Shown here one piece after another: positions 1-9,104 of a DNA stretch of 64,000 nucleotides; within the stretch, counting starts at the first letter, position 1; each line of letters starts with the position of its first letter. The stretch lies in assembly GCA_963717155.1 (NCBI GenBank), contig OY970326.1:1393897-1457896 (forward strand), read 5' to 3'. Position numbers and translations under genes: made by a program. The notes below the pieces were generated by a model. It was not told where the DNA came from. It was given only the letters and a program-made list of their open reading frames with translations, and ran no database searches. The DNA comes from an uncultured Actinomycetes bacterium (GTDB taxonomy: Bacteria; Actinomycetota; Thermoleophilia; Gaiellales; JALYLC01).

Positions 1-8
1 TGCCGGAG

Positions 9-539
9 ATGCGAGACGTCCTGCAGGAGACGCTGCCCGAGATCGAGGTCCTCGACGGCACGGCCGAGCAGATCCCGCTGCCGGACGCGAGCGTCGGAGC
101 CGTGGTGGTGGCACAGGCATTCCACTGGTTCGATCCCGAGCCGGCCCTCGCAGAGATCGCACGCGTGCTCGAGCCGGGAGGGAGACTCGGACTCGTCTGG
201 CATACGCCGGACACGTCAGATCCGCTCCAGCGCGCCTTTCGCGGGATCGTCGAGCGCAACCGGCACGGCGCCCCGATCCACGTAGCCGGTGACGCCGCGC
301 GGTACTTCGAGCACCAAACGCTGTTCCGCGAGATCGCGACGCTGGATCTGCCCGAGGCGTACGAGCTGGACGCGGACGGCCTCGCCGTGCTCGCGCGGTC
401 GACCAGCCATGTGGCCGCGCTGCCCGAGGACGCGCGAGAGCGTGCGATCGACGAGATCCGAGCGCTCGTCGGGCCCGGCACCGTGCAGCTTCCCTACGTG
501 ATCGAGCTGAGCGCCTACGCGGCGACGACGAGCCACTGA
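9..539 (+). CDS. class I SAM-dependent methyltransferase, C-terminal part (gene probably begins upstream of the window)
   Basis: The frame is open to the window edge. VVVAQAFHWFDPEPALAEIARVLEPGGRLGLVW resembles the Methyltransf_11 core. Third codon positions are strongly G/C. Confidence 0.6.
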   Translation: MRDVLQETLPEIEVLDGTAEQIPLPDASVGAVVVAQAFHWFDPEPALAEIARVLEPGGRLGLVWHTPDTSDPLQRAFRGIVERNRHGAPIHVAGDAARYFEHQTLFREIATLDLPEAYELDADGLAVLARSTSHVAALPEDARERAIDEIRALVGPGTVQLPYVIELSAYAATTSH

Positions 540-1342
540 TCGAGGCTCGACCGCACCTCTTCGCGCAGCTCTGCGAGGTTGTGATCCGAGAGCCCGAACG
601 TGTCGGCCGCACGCTTGTCCGGCCACTCCGCGTGGTCGAAGGGCACGAAGCCGAAGCCCATCTCGGCGACCAGCCAGTCGGCGACGTGCAGCGTCTCGGC
701 GAGACCTCGCTCGATCCGCGCCTTGGCCGGCTCGTGCTGGTGCAGGATCGCGTCGCAGATCGGCGGCGGGAACCGCCAGAGCTCTGCCAGGCGCGCGCCG
801 AGCTGCGCGTGGTCGAAGCCGAACACCTCGTGCTCGACCTCGGCAAAGCCGACCTGGCGGGCGCGCGCCTGTGCGAGTACGTGGAGGTACTCGCCCCGGG
901 CCTCGCGGGTCAGGATGACGGTGCCCAGCTCGTGCACGGTGCCGCTCAGGAACGCCTTCTCGGGGTGCGCCGTGTCCTGGCGGCGCGCGAGGATGCGCGC
1001 GGCGAGCCCGACGCACACCGAGTGCTCGAGCAGCTGCCGCCGGAACGGCGAGAGTCCGTCGCGGTCGACCGCGAGCAGGCGGAGGACCGCCGAGGTGATC
1101 GCGAGGGAGCGGATCGTCCCGAGGCCGAGCACGACCGCGGCGTCGGGAATCGTCTCGATGCGCCGGCCGAACGCGTAGTGCGCCGAGTTGGCCTGCCGCA
1201 GCACCACGGCCGCGAGACCGGGCTCCCGACCGATGCGGGTCGCGATGTCCTGCATCCCGGAGCGCGGATCGTCGCAGGCGGCGATGACGGACTCGATCGC
1301 GCCGTCCGATGAGAGTGGCAACGAGCGGACGCGGGCGACCAT
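515..1342 (-). CDS. HDOD domain-containing signalling protein
   Basis: Track ORF 515..1396(-), with a likely start at the internal Met (MVARVRSLPLS). DPRSGMQDIATRIGREPGLAAVVLRQANSAHY...LGLGTIRSLAITSAVL is the HDOD signature as I recall it. Confidence 0.7.
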   Translation of the reverse strand: MVARVRSLPLSSDGAIESVIAACDDPRSGMQDIATRIGREPGLAAVVLRQANSAHYAFGRRIETIPDAAVVLGLGTIRSLAITSAVLRLLAVDRDGLSPFRRQLLEHSVCVGLAARILARRQDTAHPEKAFLSGTVHELGTVILTREARGEYLHVLAQARARQVGFAEVEHEVFGFDHAQLGARLAELWRFPPPICDAILHQHEPAKARIERGLAETLHVADWLVAEMGFGFVPFDHAEWPDKRAADTFGLSDHNLAELREEVRSSLDQWLVVAA

Positions 1343-1446
1343 CTCGTCGAGGCGTTCCTCCCCGAAGATCACGCAGATCCATCGGCAGTGCAGCACGACT
1401 TCGATAGGGGAAAAACGCTGTCCGCATCGGGATGTAGGGTCGCGGC

Positions 1447-2187
1447 GTGCGAATCGACGTTGCGCTCTCGCCCGCTGCCGCGCTCGACGCGGCTGCGGTT
1501 GCGATCGCCGTCGACGTGATCCGCGCCACGACGACCATCGCGTATGCGCTCGGACAGGGCTACCAGGAGGTCATCTGCTGTCCGGCAGTGGACGACGCCC
1601 GGGCCGCCGCAGCCGCGATCGGCGACGCCGCGGTGCTGGCCGGGGAGGTCGACCGCCTGCCCCCGCCGGGCTTCGCGCTCGGCAACTCGCCGCGCGAGTT
1701 CGAAGACGGACAGCCGCTCGGCGACGTGCTGGTGCTGTCGACGACGAACGGGACACGCGCTGTCTGCTCCGCAGCCGCGTCTGCCGGGCTGGCGCTGGTC
1801 GGCTCCCTCGCGAACCTGACGTCGTGTGCCGCAGCCGCGGCGCGCGGCGCCCGCGGCGTCCGCGGATCGGTCGCAGTCCTCTGCGCGGGCGCTGATGGAA
1901 ACGTCTGCCTCGACGATGCGTACGTCGCCGGGCGCCTGGTGGCGGAGCTGTCGGCCTATCTGCCCGAGTGGGTGCTGGGCGACGCCGCGGAGCTCGTCCG
2001 CTCGGCGGCCGCTGCCTACACGAGCGAGGTGGAGGCGCTCTGGCACAGCTCGAGCGCCGCCTCGCTGCGCGAGTTCGACCTGGGCGACGACGTCCGCATC
2101 TGCGCGCGCGTCGACGCCGTGCCGCTCGTGATCGAGGCCGAGATGCTCGACGGAGGCCGCGCCCGCGCCTTCACGGCTCAGGCGTGA
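1447..2187 (+). CDS. 2-phosphosulfolactate phosphatase (ComB) family protein
   Basis: GTG-start ORF of 246 aa. VDVIRATTTIAYAL and GEVDRLPPPGFALGNSPREF resemble the ComB family. Confidence 0.65.
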   Translation: MRIDVALSPAAALDAAAVAIAVDVIRATTTIAYALGQGYQEVICCPAVDDARAAAAAIGDAAVLAGEVDRLPPPGFALGNSPREFEDGQPLGDVLVLSTTNGTRAVCSAAASAGLALVGSLANLTSCAAAAARGARGVRGSVAVLCAGADGNVCLDDAYVAGRLVAELSAYLPEWVLGDAAELVRSAAAAYTSEVEALWHSSSAASLREFDLGDDVRICARVDAVPLVIEAEMLDGGRARAFTAQA

Positions 2188-2884
2188 GGTCCGGCTCGCG
2201 CGCCTCGAGCTGGTGCTTCTTCGCGTGCTCGTGGCGGCGCCAGAGTCCGAGCGCGACGACGGCGGCACCGATCAGGACGATCACGCCGCCGATCCCGAGC
2301 ACCCTCTCGACGACGTGGATCGAGTTGCCGAAGAAGTGGCCGACCAGCACGATCGACGTCGCCCAGCAGATGCCGCCTGCCGCGTTCCACAACGCGAACC
2401 TCCACCACGACATGTGCACCATCCCTGCGATCCACGCTCCGAAGATGCGCAGGCCGGGGATCCAGCGGGCGAGGAAGACGGTGATGCCGCCCCTCCGCGC
2501 GAAGTAGTCCTCGCCCCAGGCGAGCGAGCGCTCGATGCCGCCGATGTGCGCGAGTCGCATCACGAGCGGCCGACCACCGAAGCGGCCGATCGCGTAGCCG
2601 ACGTTGTCTCCGAGGATCGCCGCGGTCGCACCGACGACGATCGCCCAGAACACGTCGATGCGACCCGTCGCCGATGCGACGCCCGCGAGCAGGAGCGACG
2701 TCTCGCCCGGGAGCGGGAGTCCGGCCGTCTCGAGGAAGACCGGCACGAAGATCACCGCGTAGCCGTACTCGGCGTACAGGTCGAGCACGCGGTTGAGACT
2801 GATCGTCGGCTCGTATCGTCGCCACACCAGGTAGGCGGCGACCGCGGTGAGGACGACCCCGACCAGGATCGCGACCGTGCGCAT
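2171..2884 (-). CDS. DedA family membrane protein
   Basis: Track ORF 2171..2956(-). The internal Met (MRTVAILVGVVL) avoids overlap with the divergent gene. VIFVPVFLETAGLPLPGETSLLLAG...LGDNVGYAIGRFGGRPLV is the DedA/SNARE-associated motif. Confidence 0.75.
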   Translation of the reverse strand: MRTVAILVGVVLTAVAAYLVWRRYEPTISLNRVLDLYAEYGYAVIFVPVFLETAGLPLPGETSLLLAGVASATGRIDVFWAIVVGATAAILGDNVGYAIGRFGGRPLVMRLAHIGGIERSLAWGEDYFARRGGITVFLARWIPGLRIFGAWIAGMVHMSWWRFALWNAAGGICWATSIVLVGHFFGNSIHVVERVLGIGGVIVLIGAAVVALGLWRRHEHAKKHQLEAREPDLTPEP

Positions 2885-2936
2885 CGAGAGGCGTCGCGTG
2901 GCGCGATTCGGCCAGTTCACTCGCGACCACCGTAGC

Positions 2937-4100
2937 ATGCGCCCCGTGGATGCCAACGACCTCTCCAGGCTCAGAGACGAGCTGCCCGCCGCCGAGACTG
3001 CGGCCTATCTGAACGCCGGAACCTTCGGCCCGTTGCCGCGCAGCACGTACGCGGTGCTCGCGGGCGAGCTGGGGCGCGAGCTCTGGCGCGGCCGCACTGG
3101 TACGAGCGCGTTCCAGCGCTACCAGGCCGCCGCCTCCGCGGCCCGCTCCGCGTTCGCGGAGGCGGTCGCAAGCCCGCCTGAACGCATCGCGCTGACCCAT
3201 TCGACGACCGGCGGAGTCAACCTCGCGCTCGGCGGGCTGGAGTGGCATGCCGGCGACGAGGTGGTGACGACCGACGCGGAGCATCCGGGTCTCGACGAGC
3301 CGCTCGACGAGCTCGCGCGCCGCCACGGTGTCGTCGTGCACCGGGCGCAGGTGCTCGGCGCCGACGATCCCGCGGCGCCGATCGAGGCCCTCGTCGGCGA
3401 GCGGACGCGGCTCATCGCCGTCTCGCACGTGCTCTGGGGCACCGGCCAGGTGCTGCCGCTGCCGCGCCTCGCGAGCGCCGCGAGGGCACGCGGCGCCCTG
3501 CTGCTTGCCGACGGCGCACAGAGCGTGGGGGCGATCGAGGTCGATCCGCTCACCGAGGGCGCCGACCTCTACACGATCTCCGGCCAGAAGTGGCTGCTCG
3601 GGCCGTCAGGCACGGGCGCGCTGTGGGTGCGAGAGGGTCTCGAGGAGCAGCTTGCGCTCGCCCAGCCCGGCTACCTGAGCCGTGACATGCGTTCCGAGGG
3701 GATGCCGCTCTGGCCCGGCGCGCGCCGCTTCGACGGCGCGTCGCTCGCCCCGAGCAGCATGCTCGGGTTGGTGGAGTCGATCCGCTTCCGGCGCGAAGAC
3801 GTCGGCTGGGAAGCGGGCTTCGAGCACGCGAGAGCGATGGCCAACCGTGCCCGGGAGATGCTGAGCGGCGTGCCGGGGGTGAAGCTCGAGACGCCCGCCG
3901 GGCCGCTGGCGACGCTCGTGACGTTCACGGTGGGCGACCTCGAGCCCGAGGCGATCAACGTGGCGCTCGAGGAGCGCGGCGTGCTGGCGCGCTGGCTGCC
4001 CAAGCCGAAGGTCGTGCGGGTGTCGGTCGGGTTCTGGACGGACGAGCGCGACCTCGAACGGTTGGCGGACGCGCTCGCAACGCTCGCAGAGGGCAGCTGA
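2937..4100 (+). CDS. class V aminotransferase / cysteine desulfurase-like PLP enzyme
   Basis: Track ORF 2847..4100, with a likely start at MRPVDAND (2937). Motifs are YLNAGTFGPLP, ADGAQSVGAIEVD and YTISGQKWLLGPSGTGALWV (PLP-lysine context). Confidence 0.75.
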   Translation: MRPVDANDLSRLRDELPAAETAAYLNAGTFGPLPRSTYAVLAGELGRELWRGRTGTSAFQRYQAAASAARSAFAEAVASPPERIALTHSTTGGVNLALGGLEWHAGDEVVTTDAEHPGLDEPLDELARRHGVVVHRAQVLGADDPAAPIEALVGERTRLIAVSHVLWGTGQVLPLPRLASAARARGALLLADGAQSVGAIEVDPLTEGADLYTISGQKWLLGPSGTGALWVREGLEEQLALAQPGYLSRDMRSEGMPLWPGARRFDGASLAPSSMLGLVESIRFRREDVGWEAGFEHARAMANRAREMLSGVPGVKLETPAGPLATLVTFTVGDLEPEAINVALEERGVLARWLPKPKVVRVSVGFWTDERDLERLADALATLAEGS

Positions 4101-4131
4101 TCTGCGACGCGGAAGTAGGGCGTGAAGCGAG

Positions 4132-4494
4132 GCGATCCTCGGACAAGACGCAGGTCAGGAGCGTGGTACTCGGGACCTAGCGTGGGTCCCGTAAGGCGCA
4201 GCGCGGACGTATTCGTCCCATCGAAACGGTGTTAGCGGCTAGGCCGGAAACGAAATAGTCGACCAAGATCCACAGGTCGCAGGTCCGGACCCTTCGAGCG
4301 CAACCTGTGATCCTTCGAACCCGCGCCATCTGCAACCGTGGCGCAGTCGTCTCAACCTGTGGTCTTCGACCTATTGCGTTTGCGGCCTAGCCGCTAACAC
4401 GGTTGCGACGGATCGAATACGTCCGCGCAGCGCCTTACGGGACCGCAGCTAGGTCCCGAGAACCACGCCCCCGACCCGGCTTTCCGAGGCTGGC
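4132..4494 (+). repeat. long-hairpin MITE-like intergenic repeat, copy A (363 bp)
   Basis: The ~110-nt left arm (CCTCGGACAAGACGCAGGTCAGGAGCGTGG...GTTAGCGGCTAGGCCG) is the reverse complement (~85 % by eye) of the right arm (CGGCCTAGCCGCTAAC...TTTCCGAGGCTGGC). The arms flank an asymmetric ~130-bp core with GATCCACAGGT/ACCTGTGRTC subrepeats. Homologous copies lie at 33506-34005 and 59778-60144. Confidence 0.85.
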
Positions 4495-5090
4495 TACCCC
4501 GGCACCCCCAGCTCGGTCGCGATCGGCCGCAGCGCCTCGATCACGACCATGATGTGCTCGTCGAGGTCGACGCCCAGCTCCTCGGCGCCCTCGATCACGT
4601 CGTCGCGATTGACACCGGACGCGAAGCTCTTCTGCTTCAGCTTCTTGCGCACCGACCTCGGCTCCAGCGTCGACAGGCCCTCCGGGCGCACGAGCGCACA
4701 CGCATGCACGAAGCCAGCCAGCTCGTCGCAGGCGAACAGGACGCGCTCGAGGTCGCTCTCTCGCGCCGCCACGTCCTGCAGGTGGTTCGCGTGCGACAGG
4801 ACCGCCCGGATGAACCACTCCGGGTAGCCGGCATCCCGCAGGTACGCAGCGCCGTCCTGGGGATGCTTGTCGAGGGTCGGATGGTGCTCGTAGTCGAAGT
4901 CGTGCAACAGGGCCACGCAGCCCCACGCGTCCTCGTCGGCGCCGAAGCGGCGTGCGTATGCGCGAACCGCAGCCTCGACCGCATAGGCGTGGCGGCGCAA
5001 CGCCTCGCTCTCGGTCCACTCGTGCAGCAACGAGAGCGCGGCGGCACGATCGCGCGCCAGCGCCTCGGGATCCCTCGCATGTGCTTCCAT
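4494..5090 (-). CDS. HD domain metal-dependent phosphohydrolase
   Basis: ORF of 198 aa. LLHDFDYEHHPTLDKHPQDGAAYLRDAGYPEWFIRAVLSHANH contains the H...HD...D pattern of the HD superfamily. Confidence 0.7.
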   Translation of the reverse strand: MEAHARDPEALARDRAAALSLLHEWTESEALRRHAYAVEAAVRAYARRFGADEDAWGCVALLHDFDYEHHPTLDKHPQDGAAYLRDAGYPEWFIRAVLSHANHLQDVAARESDLERVLFACDELAGFVHACALVRPEGLSTLEPRSVRKKLKQKSFASGVNRDDVIEGAEELGVDLDEHIMVVIEALRPIATELGVPG

Positions 5091-5137
5091 GCCGTCGGAC
5101 GGTAGCTGGCTGTCGCCGAGATCAACGGAGGTTCACG

Positions 5138-5851
5138 GTGCCCGATGGAGTTGCGTTCACGTGGTACGGACATGCGACCTGGGGTCTCCGGAGTCTCGAT
5201 AGCGGGGTCCGCGTGCTGATCGATCCGTGGCTTTCCGGCCCGACGTTTCCCGCTGCGCTTCGCGACGGGCTCGCCGCCGACGTGCTCGTGCTCACTCACG
5301 GCCACGTCGACCACACGGGCGAGATCGTCGAGGTCGCCAAGCGGCTCGGCGTCCCGGTGCTCGCGCCCGTCGAGCTCGCCGGCGCGCTCGCCGAGCACGG
5401 AGTCGAGAACACCGTCGGCTTCAACAAGGGCGGGACCGTCGAGGCGAGCGGGGTCGCGTTCACGATGACGAACGCGATCCACACGGGGTCGATCACGATC
5501 GACGGCAAGGCGGGCGGATACAGCGAGCCCGCCGGCTACGTGATCACGTTCACGAACGGGACGCGCGTCTACGCCGCGGGCGACACGGCGATCCATGCCG
5601 ACATGACGCTGCTCGGCGAGCTCTACAAGCCGTCCGTTGCGATCCTGCCGATCGGCGATCACTACACGATGGGGCCGTTCCAGGCAGCGCACGCGTGTCG
5701 CCTGCTCGGGGTCTCGCACGTGTTCCCCGGCCACTGGGGAACGTTCCCGCTGCTCACGGGGACCGCCGATCAGCTGCAGATCGAGCTCTCGAACATCGGC
5801 CTCGACCACGTGCGCGTGCACGCGATGACGCCCGGCGACACCGTCGCGTGA
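5138..5851 (+). CDS. metal-dependent hydrolase, metallo-beta-lactamase fold (UPF0173-like)
   Basis: In-frame GTG at 5138 preceded by GGAG (track ORF 4952..5851). Motifs are FTWYGHATW, VLIDPWLSGP and VLVLTHGHVDHTG (HxHxDH). Confidence 0.75.
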   Translation: MPDGVAFTWYGHATWGLRSLDSGVRVLIDPWLSGPTFPAALRDGLAADVLVLTHGHVDHTGEIVEVAKRLGVPVLAPVELAGALAEHGVENTVGFNKGGTVEASGVAFTMTNAIHTGSITIDGKAGGYSEPAGYVITFTNGTRVYAAGDTAIHADMTLLGELYKPSVAILPIGDHYTMGPFQAAHACRLLGVSHVFPGHWGTFPLLTGTADQLQIELSNIGLDHVRVHAMTPGDTVA

Positions 5852-5951
5852 AGGGGTCCGGGACGCGTTGCCGAACCACGCCAGCGAGGGCCCGCCCGCT
5901 CGGCTTTGGTAGCCTTGCCACGGTGCGAGATGGGGGGCGCCAACCGCTTCC

Positions 5952-7301
5952 GTGTCCGCAATCGCCCCCTACCCCCAGGTGCTGACCGGCATGCTCATGA
6001 CCCGCGCCAGACCCCAGGACTACTTCGTCATCGAGGGTGGCGGGCCGATCTCGGGGCGTGTTCGTCCCGAGGGGAACAAGAACGCAGCGTTGCCGCTGCT
6101 CGCCGCGACGCTCCTGACCGCCGAGCCGGTCGAGCTCTCGAACGTGCCGCGCATCCGCGACGTCGAGACGATGCTCGAGCTGCTCGACGATCTCGGCGCC
6201 GAGGTGGCATGGACCGGCCCGAACGAGGTGCGCGTGTGCGCGGCCGACGTCTCGACGACGGCCCTCGACGAGCGGCTGGCGGAGCGGATCCGCGCGTCGA
6301 TCCTGCTGGCAGGCCCGCTGCTCGGGCGCTTCGGCCGTGCCGAGGTACCGCCCCCGGGCGGCGACGTGATCGGGCGACGCCGCGTCGACACGCACCTGTT
6401 CGCGCTCGCGGGGCTCGGGGCGATCGTCGAGGTCGAGCGGGCCTACAAGTTCTGGGCACCGGGTGGTCTTCGCGGTGCCGAGCTGTTCCTCGACGAGGCC
6501 TCGGTGACCGGTACCGAGAACGCGCTCATGGCCGCGGCGCTCGCCGAGGGACGGACGACGATCGTGAACGCGGCGTGCGAGCCGCACGTGCAGGAGCTGT
6601 GCGAGCTCCTGCAGTCGATGGGCTCGCACATCGAGGGGATCGGCTCGAACCTGCTGCACATCGACGGATGCCGCGAGCTCGGCGGCGCCCGGCACCGCGT
6701 CCGCGCGGACCACATCGAGATCGGCAGCTTCATCGGCCTCGCAGCCGTGACGGGCGGGGATCTCGTGATCGAGGACGCCGAGCCGCGCGACCTGCGCGCG
6801 ACCCTGCACGCGTTCGAGCGGCTCGGAGTGCACTGCGATCCGCTTCCCGACGGCTCGCTGCACGTGCCGGCGAGCCAGGAGCTCGCGATCCAGGACGACG
6901 TCGGCGGCCAGATCGCGAAGATCGAGGATGGCCCCTGGCCCATGTTCCCGGCCGACCTGACGTCGATCGCCGTGGCGGTCGCGACCCAGGCGACGGGCAC
7001 GGTACTCATCTTCGAGAAGCTGTTCGAGAACCGTCTGGTCTTCACCGACAAGCTCGTCAACATGGGCGCCCGGATCATCCTTTGCGACCCCCATCGCGTC
7101 GTCGTCACCGGCCCGGCCAAGCTGTACGGCCAGCGGCTGTCCAGCCCCGACATCCGCGCCGGCATGGCGCTCCTGATCGCGTCGCTGGCGGCCGAGGGAA
7201 CGAGCGTGATCGGCGAGGTCGGACAGATCGATCGCGGCTACGAGCGGATCGATGAGCGCCTCCGCGCCCTCGGGGCGCGCATCGAGCGCGTCACCGCCTA
7301 A
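5952..7301 (+). CDS. murA: UDP-N-acetylglucosamine 1-carboxyvinyltransferase
   Basis: Intact ORF of 449 aa, with an alternative start at Met 5991. GGGPISGRVRPEGNKNAALPLLAATLL, PPGGDVIGRRRVDTHL and the C-terminal IDRGYERIDERLRALGA are typical of MurA. Confidence 0.9.
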   Translation: MSAIAPYPQVLTGMLMTRARPQDYFVIEGGGPISGRVRPEGNKNAALPLLAATLLTAEPVELSNVPRIRDVETMLELLDDLGAEVAWTGPNEVRVCAADVSTTALDERLAERIRASILLAGPLLGRFGRAEVPPPGGDVIGRRRVDTHLFALAGLGAIVEVERAYKFWAPGGLRGAELFLDEASVTGTENALMAAALAEGRTTIVNAACEPHVQELCELLQSMGSHIEGIGSNLLHIDGCRELGGARHRVRADHIEIGSFIGLAAVTGGDLVIEDAEPRDLRATLHAFERLGVHCDPLPDGSLHVPASQELAIQDDVGGQIAKIEDGPWPMFPADLTSIAVAVATQATGTVLIFEKLFENRLVFTDKLVNMGARIILCDPHRVVVTGPAKLYGQRLSSPDIRAGMALLIASLAAEGTSVIGEVGQIDRGYERIDERLRALGARIERVTA

Positions 7302-7318
7302 CAGCTAATCGCCAGACC

Positions 7319-8050
7319 TTGACCAGGCTCGTCGCGGAGCTGCTCGTCGAGGGCGGCGGTGTCGTTCGTCGACGCTTGGCGCCGGGCAACCCGGGTCGCA
7401 TCGTGGCCGCCGATCCGGTGGCGTACGCCCGGGACCTTGCGAGCGCGGGGGTCGGCACCCTGTTCCTGTGCGACCTCGATGGCTGGGTCGCGGGCGCTCC
7501 GCAGGCGCTCGCGATCGCGCAGAGCATCGTCGACGCGACGGGGGTCGAGCTCTGGTATCGCGGCGGGCTGACGATGCCGGGGGCGGTCGAGTCGGCACGC
7601 ACGCACGGCGTCTCGCAGGTCGTTCTCGACCTGCACGTGCTGCGTGATGCCGCGTTCCTCCGCTACGCGCTCGACTCGTTCGGACCGCGTCTCGCGGTCG
7701 CGCTCGACGCCCACGGCGCTCGCGTGCCGAGCCCGTTCGGCCAGGACGCCGATCTCTCGCTTCCGGACGCCGCCGGCGAGCTTGCGTTCCGCGGCGTGGG
7801 CGGCCTCGTGGTCTCCGACACCGCACGTGCCGGCACGCTCGCGGGCCCGAACCTCACGGCGCTTCGCCGGCTCCTGGACGCGGTGCCGTGCCGGGTGGCG
7901 TACGGCGGCGGGGTCGCGTCGATCGACGACCTCCGCGCCCTGCGCGACCTGGGACGTGCGACCCTTCAGGCCGTGCTGGTCGCGACCGCCCTCGCCGAGC
8001 AGCGGCTTGCGGCGGACGAGGCAGTCGCCGTCCTGGAACAGGGAGCATGA
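7319..8050 (+). CDS. HisA/HisF-family (beta/alpha)8 barrel protein
   Basis: TTG-start ORF of 243 aa. DPVAYARDLASAGVGTLFLCDLDG, WYRGGL and VSDTARAGTLAGPNLTALRRL...VAYGGGVASIDDLRAL follow the HisA/HisF pattern. The specific function is not assignable. Confidence 0.55.
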   Translation: MTRLVAELLVEGGGVVRRRLAPGNPGRIVAADPVAYARDLASAGVGTLFLCDLDGWVAGAPQALAIAQSIVDATGVELWYRGGLTMPGAVESARTHGVSQVVLDLHVLRDAAFLRYALDSFGPRLAVALDAHGARVPSPFGQDADLSLPDAAGELAFRGVGGLVVSDTARAGTLAGPNLTALRRLLDAVPCRVAYGGGVASIDDLRALRDLGRATLQAVLVATALAEQRLAADEAVAVLEQGA

Positions 8051-8445
8051 GAATGAGCAGCCGTCAGAGCATTCATACCGAGCGCGCCCCGGCGCCCGTC
8101 GGCGGTGCGCCGTACTCCCAGGCGATCGTGTGCGGCGAGCTGGTCTTCGCGAGCGGCCAGGTGCCGCTTGATCCGTCCACGAACGCGCTCGTCGCGGGCG
8201 GTGTGGCCGAGCAGACGGAGCAGGTGCTGCGCAACCTGCAGGCGGTGCTCGAGGCGGCCGGAAGCGGCCTCGACCGTGCGCTCAAGACGACGGTGTTCCT
8301 CACGGATCTCGGGACGTTCGGCGAGATGAACGACGTGTACGGCCGGCATCTCACCGCGCCCTACCCGGCCCGCTCGACCATCGAGGTCTCCGCGCTGCCC
8401 GCCGGGGCTTCGGTCGAGATCGAGTGCACCGCCGTGCGCGGCTAG
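8047..8445 (+). CDS. ridA: RidA/YjgF family reactive-intermediate deaminase
   Basis: The ATG at 8047 overlaps the upstream stop (ATGA). APAPVGGAPYSQAIVCGELVFASGQVPLDP...TTVFLTDLGTFGEMNDVY...PARSTIEVSALPAGASVEIE is a canonical YjgF/RidA sequence. Confidence 0.85.
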   Translation: MRMSSRQSIHTERAPAPVGGAPYSQAIVCGELVFASGQVPLDPSTNALVAGGVAEQTEQVLRNLQAVLEAAGSGLDRALKTTVFLTDLGTFGEMNDVYGRHLTAPYPARSTIEVSALPAGASVEIECTAVRG

Positions 8446-8456
8446 AGCCTGATCTC

Positions 8457-9104
8457 GTGGGGAACTCGAAGCTCGAGGTCTTCCTGATCGTGCTGCCGAT
8501 CTTCATCGGCTCGCTCACGCTGCACGAGCTCGCCCACGGCCTCGTGGCGTACCGCCTCGGCGATCCCACCGCGAAGCTCATGGGGCGTCTCTCGCTGAAC
8601 CCGATCGTGCACCTGGACCCGCTCGGGAGCCTGTTCTTCGTCGCGAGCTACTGGGTGGGAGGGTTCCTGTTCGGCTGGGCTCGCCCGGTACCGGTCGACC
8701 CGAGGAACCTCCGGATCGGGCCGCAACGCGGGATGGCGCTGGTCGGAATCGCCGGACCGATCACCAACTTCCTGCTCGCGATCCTGTTCGGCGTGATCGT
8801 GGCGCACGGGGGCTACACGGGCACGACGCTGGAAGTCCTGCTGTACGCGTTCTACATCAACATCGTGCTCGGAGTCTTCAACCTGCTGCCGGTCCCACCG
8901 CTCGACGGATCGCGCATCGTTGCCGGTTTCATGGACCGCACGACGTACGCGGCCTGGGCATCGCTCGACCAGTACGGGATGGTGATCCTGCTGATCCTGT
9001 TCTTCGTCTTCCAGGGACCGTTCACGACGCTGCTGCAGCACGCCACGAGCGATGTGGCAGCCATCATCTCCGACATCGTCGGCGGGACGCCGATCGTCGT
9101 GTGA
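8457..9104 (+). CDS. site-2 protease family (peptidase M50) membrane protein
   Basis: Track ORF 8424..9104, with a probable GTG start at 8457. Motifs are HELAHGLVAYRLGDPTAKLMGRLSLNPIVHLDPLGS and NLLPVPPLDGSR. It is multi-pass hydrophobic. Confidence 0.7.
   Translation: MGNSKLEVFLIVLPIFIGSLTLHELAHGLVAYRLGDPTAKLMGRLSLNPIVHLDPLGSLFFVASYWVGGFLFGWARPVPVDPRNLRIGPQRGMALVGIAGPITNFLLAILFGVIVAHGGYTGTTLEVLLYAFYINIVLGVFNLLPVPPLDGSRIVAGFMDRTTYAAWASLDQYGMVILLILFFVFQGPFTTLLQHATSDVAAIISDIVGGTPIVV

Noticed and set aside
216-1538. Numerous other long alternate-frame or antisense ORFs. Examples are 216..1538(-), 5754..7094(-), 5906..7255(+), 11149..12918(-), 15823..17316(-), 16946..18385(-), 35207..37153(-), 40083..42194(-), 43196..44929(-), 49611..51062(-), 54233..55954(-) and 55327..57066(-).
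   Set aside because: Each overlaps a gene with strong family motifs in another frame or strand. Their translations are dominated by R, A, P and G with no recognisable motifs. This is the expected high-GC artefact.
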